A stretch of DNA of 64,000 nt, taken from positions 288,001 to 352,000 of the forward strand of contig CALSNU010000001.1 of assembly GCA_943787795.1 (NCBI GenBank), given 5' to 3'. Below the pieces are notes generated by a model. It had not been told where the DNA came from and did no database searches. It saw nothing but the letters and a program-made list of their open reading frames with translations. Positions 62,014 to 64,000 of the stretch are shown one piece after another. How positions within the stretch are numbered: the first letter of the stretch is position 1; each line of letters starts with the position of its first letter. The position numbers were made by a program, and so were the translations under genes. This stretch comes from an uncultured bacterium (GTDB taxonomy: Bacteria > Planctomycetota > UBA1135 > GCA-002686595).

Positions 62014-63867
62014 TCAGGGCTCCAGGGCCGGCGCCATCTCGAGGTACTTCGAGAGCAACGCATCCAGCAGCCCATTGTCGATGGGCTTGGCCAGGTAGTC
62101 GTCGCAGCCCGCGTCGAGGCAGCGGCGCTGATCCTCGGCCATGGCAGAGGCCGTCAGGGCCACCACTGGCGCGATGTGTCCTGCGTCCTTGAGCTTCCTC
62201 GCCGTGGTGAACCCGTCCTGGATGGGCATGTACATGTCCAGGAGGACGAGGTCGAAGGCCCTGTCCGATCCAGCGGCCGCCATCGCTTGCTGGAAACCAT
62301 CGGAGCCGTTGTCGGAGGTCTCCACCTCGAGGCCTCTGCGCCGAAGGAGCTCGCAGAGCACCCGCACGTTGATGACATTGTCTTCCACCACGAGGATCCT
62401 CCCCTGGAACCTCGAGCCTCGCTGCGGCTCCGAAGCGGGGGCCTGGGGGCCTTGTGCGGCGACGAGCGGCAGCGAGAGGGTGAACGTGCTTCCCCGGTCG
62501 ACCTCGCTCTCGACGGTCAGGTCGCCGCCCATCCTGCGGGCGATCTCGCGCGAGATGGACAGCCCCAGCCCCGTTCCACCGAACTCTCGGGTGGTTGAGG
62601 CTTCAGCCTGCTCGAAGGGTGAGAAGATGCGTTCGAGCGAGGACTCGGGGATTCCGATGCCGGTATCGGACACGGCGATCGTGAGGCAGGTGAGCTCCGC
62701 GGAAGATGGGCTCGGTACCGAGGAGACGACAACCTCGATGCCTCCCTGCGTGCTGAACTTGGTCGCGTTGGACAGGAGGTTGGTGATGACCTGGCGGATC
62801 TTCGTGGGGTCCGACTTGATCGTCGCGGGGACGCCCTCGTCCCACTTCAGATTGAGCGTCAGGCCGGCCTCCATGACACCGTGCCGGAGGGGCTGAACGG
62901 TCCGCTTGATGAGGTCTCGGAGCTCGAAGGTGATGTGCTCAACTTCGACCTGGCCGGCCTCGATCTTGGACACGTCGAGCACGTCGTTGATGAGCGCGAG
63001 CAGGTGTTCAGCGCTACTGTGGATCGACTCGAGGGCGGAGTGCTGATCGGCCCCAAGGCCCTCCTCTTCGGCCAGCAGGTCGGAGAACCCGATGATTGCG
63101 GTGAGGGGCGTTCGGAGCTCGTGGCTCATGTTCGCGAGGAACTCCGACTTGGACCGGTTGGCCGACTCAGCCCTGGCTTGGGCGTCATGAATCGCCTCCT
63201 CGTGGCGCTTGCGCTCGGTGATGTCACGGGTGACGCCGAGCTGCACGATCTGGCCTGTTCGGTCAGCGAGAGGGACTGCGTTCGTCTCGAACCAAAGGTG
63301 CTGCCCGTTCAGACCTAGGGCTTCGAAGGTCAAGGAGCCGGTCTGGCCCTGAAGGACGCTGGCGTGCATCTCGCGGTATGCCTTGCGGTGCTCCTCGACG
63401 ATGAGGTCCTCGATCTTGGCGCCGCGCACCTGGGAGAGGGAGGTCGCCGCGATCATCTCCAGTCCCGCGGGATTCATCTGCACGAGGCGTCCCTCGGCAT
63501 CCACGATCTTCACGCACTCCGGCTGAGCCTCAATAATCGCGCTCAGGTTGCGAGTCCTCGCCGCGAGGTGTCGCCCGATGGCGGTGATGGTCTCGAGCTG
63601 CTCGGCGAAGGGACCGGAATCCACCACGCTGCGACCCTCTTCTTGGTCCCCACTCTCGATCGCCAGCATCGTTGCGTGGGCGCACTCGAGCGCGGCCACC
63701 GCGTGGCTGCAGACCCTGTTCCGCCGATAGGTGCAGACAGCGAACATCAGGGCGCCGAACGCCGTAAACGCGAGCGGCCAGGCGAGGCCTGCGAGATCCA
63801 TGGAACCAGGAGGAGGTGTTGGGAGGGGCTCATTGGCAGACCGTTGGGCCCGCCTTGATTTAGACAT
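62014..63867 (-). CDS. Hybrid sensor histidine kinase (TM-PAS-HisKA-HATPase-REC); start may be 63801
   Basis: PECVKIVD..G PAS; FLANMSHELRTPL; NLLSNA.KF; DTGIGI; GGTGLGL; LLDMYMP..DG; YLAKP. Confidence 0.93.
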   Translation of the reverse strand: MSKSRRAQRSANEPLPTPPPGSMDLAGLAWPLAFTAFGALMFAVCTYRRNRVCSHAVAALECAHATMLAIESGDQEEGRSVVDSGPFAEQLETITAIGRHLAARTRNLSAIIEAQPECVKIVDAEGRLVQMNPAGLEMIAATSLSQVRGAKIEDLIVEEHRKAYREMHASVLQGQTGSLTFEALGLNGQHLWFETNAVPLADRTGQIVQLGVTRDITERKRHEEAIHDAQARAESANRSKSEFLANMSHELRTPLTAIIGFSDLLAEEEGLGADQHSALESIHSSAEHLLALINDVLDVSKIEAGQVEVEHITFELRDLIKRTVQPLRHGVMEAGLTLNLKWDEGVPATIKSDPTKIRQVITNLLSNATKFSTQGGIEVVVSSVPSPSSAELTCLTIAVSDTGIGIPESSLERIFSPFEQAEASTTREFGGTGLGLSISREIARRMGGDLTVESEVDRGSTFTLSLPLVAAQGPQAPASEPQRGSRFQGRILVVEDNVINVRVLCELLRRRGLEVETSDNGSDGFQQAMAAAGSDRAFDLVLLDMYMPIQDGFTTARKLKDAGHIAPVVALTASAMAEDQRRCLDAGCDDYLAKPIDNGLLDALLSKYLEMAPALEP

Positions 63868-64000
63868 CGACACTCTGTCAGTGATTCATTAGGACTATTC
63901 CCCAATGTGGTGCATGGCCGCTCAAGCCTGATGCGCCGCGTACGCGGCCCCCCGGGTGGGCCCGAGCGATTGCGGAGCTCCCGTGGGGACGGTGATGCCG

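Overview
This is a very GC-rich bacterial chromosomal window, almost certainly Planctomycetota. The evidence is a DUF1549/DUF1553 cytochrome gene paired with DUF1501, five PQQ-like/BamB-like beta-propeller paralogs, DUF1080/ThuA genes and a Cys-containing C-terminal domain repeated on four secreted proteins. It holds about 47 genes or gene remnants and one tRNA-Gly(CCC). No rRNA, CRISPR array or intact integrase was seen. The most notable locus is at 28.4-38.3 kb: two secreted CotH-kinase/lamin-tail proteins and a kinase-less paralog sit head-to-head with a VTC (polyphosphate-polymerase-like) gene, a DUF4956 membrane gene and an orphan HlyD gene. This could be a polyP synthesis/export plus surface-phosphorylation system. 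Other candidates are (i) the shared ~135-aa C-terminal domain as a sorting or anchoring module, (ii) a four-gene MsrQ-like cytochrome b-Rieske operon with a periplasmic Cys/His partner, (iii) an acyltransferase-3 with a duplicated ankyrin insert, (iv) a methyltransferase-InaA-ArnT envelope cluster, (v) a lower-GC islet beside the tRNA, and (vi) many short tandem repeats. Single-base indels, mostly in homopolymers, break several genes and look like long-read errors rather than real pseudogenes. Family calls come from motif recognition only; no database searches were run.
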